From positions 39,179,335 to 39,243,334 of the forward strand of contig NC_057719.1 of the NCBI RefSeq assembly GCF_004010195.1: a DNA stretch of 64,000 bases. Direction: 5' to 3'. Shown here in pieces: positions 62,446 through 64,000 of this stretch (position 1 is the stretch's first letter; every line of letters starts with the position of its first letter). The notes under the pieces were generated by a model, which was not told where the DNA came from, did no database searches, and saw only the letters and a list, made by a program, of their open reading frames with translations. Made by a program: the position numbers and the translations under genes. This DNA is from Chiloscyllium plagiosum. Its lineage: Eukaryota.

Positions 62446-64000
62446 CTTTGGCTATATACTCACCTCATATTGAGGTCAGAATAATTGCAACTTACGAAAA
62501 TGCCCCTTCTGCAGCTTCCCATTCACTAATATGACCCTTGAAATCCCACCCTTCTTGAATTGCTCCCTAAGGGAGCGATGAACTATCATCATTCCCTCAG
62601 TTTCCCAGACCAGTGGACCCCAGCTGGGATGTTCCCCACATGCTGACCGCATGTCAACACATTGACTTCCGGAAGCTACTGCTGTGCATGGAGCCTGGGG
62701 ATTTATACAGAGACAGGAAATATTACATGGAAAGTAGGTGGTCAACCTCTGGCATGAGGTCAGATCAGTCTTTTGGCTGAATGTGGTGACCTCTCATGCC
62801 TGACCATGGTTCCCCTCATTTCACCGAGGACTGGTCCTCTTTGACGTTCAGGCATTGCCAATTGGTGGAAGCACATGCAATGTGTTCACTCAATAGGCTA
62901 CTGTCACATTCTGTAGGTTTGACATCGATATAGCCCAGTGTCACACAGAATCATGTCCATCATCCTTGATTGTTCAGTTCTCTGAACTATGTCAAGCTAA
63001 ACTGCTCTCCGACAGCACTGAAAAATAACCTAACAAAAGTTTAGTTGAGTAATAAGAAATGAGCTAAGAGGTACAAAAGATATTCTATGTAGATGCATGT
63101 GCCCTGCAGCCAGTGTCCTGGCAGAAGTAGGAAGGTATAAGTGGCTATGAGCTCCAGTTAAGTCCTGAAGAGCTGATGTGGTGTGTGAGTTGTGCTAAAA
63201 GCAGCCACAATGATGTGCCGAGGCTGGTGCTTTTCAACATGGATAGAGGGTTGATGAGGATAATATCCATGGAGCATGCAGAGAAATGGCAGTGACGATA
63301 GATCTGGACAAAGGCCTGGATTAGAAAATGGTGAACAGTGTCCCCAGGTAACTGCTGTGACTTGCCATGTCAAGAATTGGCACCATCTAATTTTTTGGGG
63401 AAGGAGAGAAGGGTTGGGAACCACACAGAAGTAAAATGAGATTAGTTAACATGTAAATATGTAAATATATGGATATAAATATGTGGAAATAAAGTAATTA
63501 ACGAGATTTAGAACTTGCTGTTTAAACTTTCAGAGTTTAATTAGGAAATGTATTTGCTCAATATCAAGAAACTGATTTTTATAATCTGTTTCAATGAAGT
63601 TTTTGGAAACATGAATAATCAGCTTTATGATAGGCCAGCATTGTTCGAGTCAGTAAGGTGGAATGGCTATTTGCTGAGCAGAGCAAGAATGGACTTGCAT
63701 TATGTTTCTCTTAGTTGGCACTGCAGACTAAAATAGCAGCAGTCATCCACTTAAAAGCTCCTTCCACTATTTTGTTATTTAATCTTCAGAGGAAATGTAA
63801 TTACTAGTTCTTCTGACGTTTTGCTTTTGAAAGCCAAGCCAAGAAAGTGTGTCTTTCTTGAACTTAAGTCACCTCAGAAAATCATTGGTTCACTCAATGC
63901 TGCTGCTAAACTGTTCCCTGAGATAACACACTTTTGATTGCCAGGGAAATGTTGCTCAAAGTTAATATATGCATTGCCAAGTGCATTTGATGATTTTTCT

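Noticed and set aside
62800..62920. Possible IDCTH-like Harbinger transposase motif on the minus strand
   Set aside because: A single degenerate motif containing a stop, too weak to call without a profile search.
1..64000. CRISPR arrays, rRNA genes or prokaryotic operons
   Set aside because: No regularly spaced repeat-spacer pattern or rRNA-like sequence was seen; the window has vertebrate intron-exon structure and retroelements.

Overview
Eukaryotic, repeat-rich genomic DNA, most likely from a cartilaginous fish (shark). This is inferred from HE1/V-SINE-like, DeuSINE-like and CR1/HER1-like repeats. The main host feature is a + strand Sec6/exocyst-3 family gene most similar to TNFAIP2 (M-Sec). 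I traced ten coding exons (8829-42848) by hand, all with canonical AG/GT sites and consistent phases, giving about 585 codons; the N-terminal exon was not found in the window. The rest is dominated by transposable elements: the 5' end of an L1 with ORF1, many CR1 fragments, Rex1/Babar fragments, tRNA-derived SINEs, Harbinger remnants and solo-LTR-like segments. There are also numerous Penelope-like element (PLE) derivatives. Many of these are fold-back insertions with 11-15 bp target-site duplications (TSDs) and carry minimal hammerhead-ribozyme motifs, in several sequence families and on both strands. Two assembly gaps are present. All family assignments come from motif recognition, not database searches, and TE boundaries are approximate unless a TSD is given.
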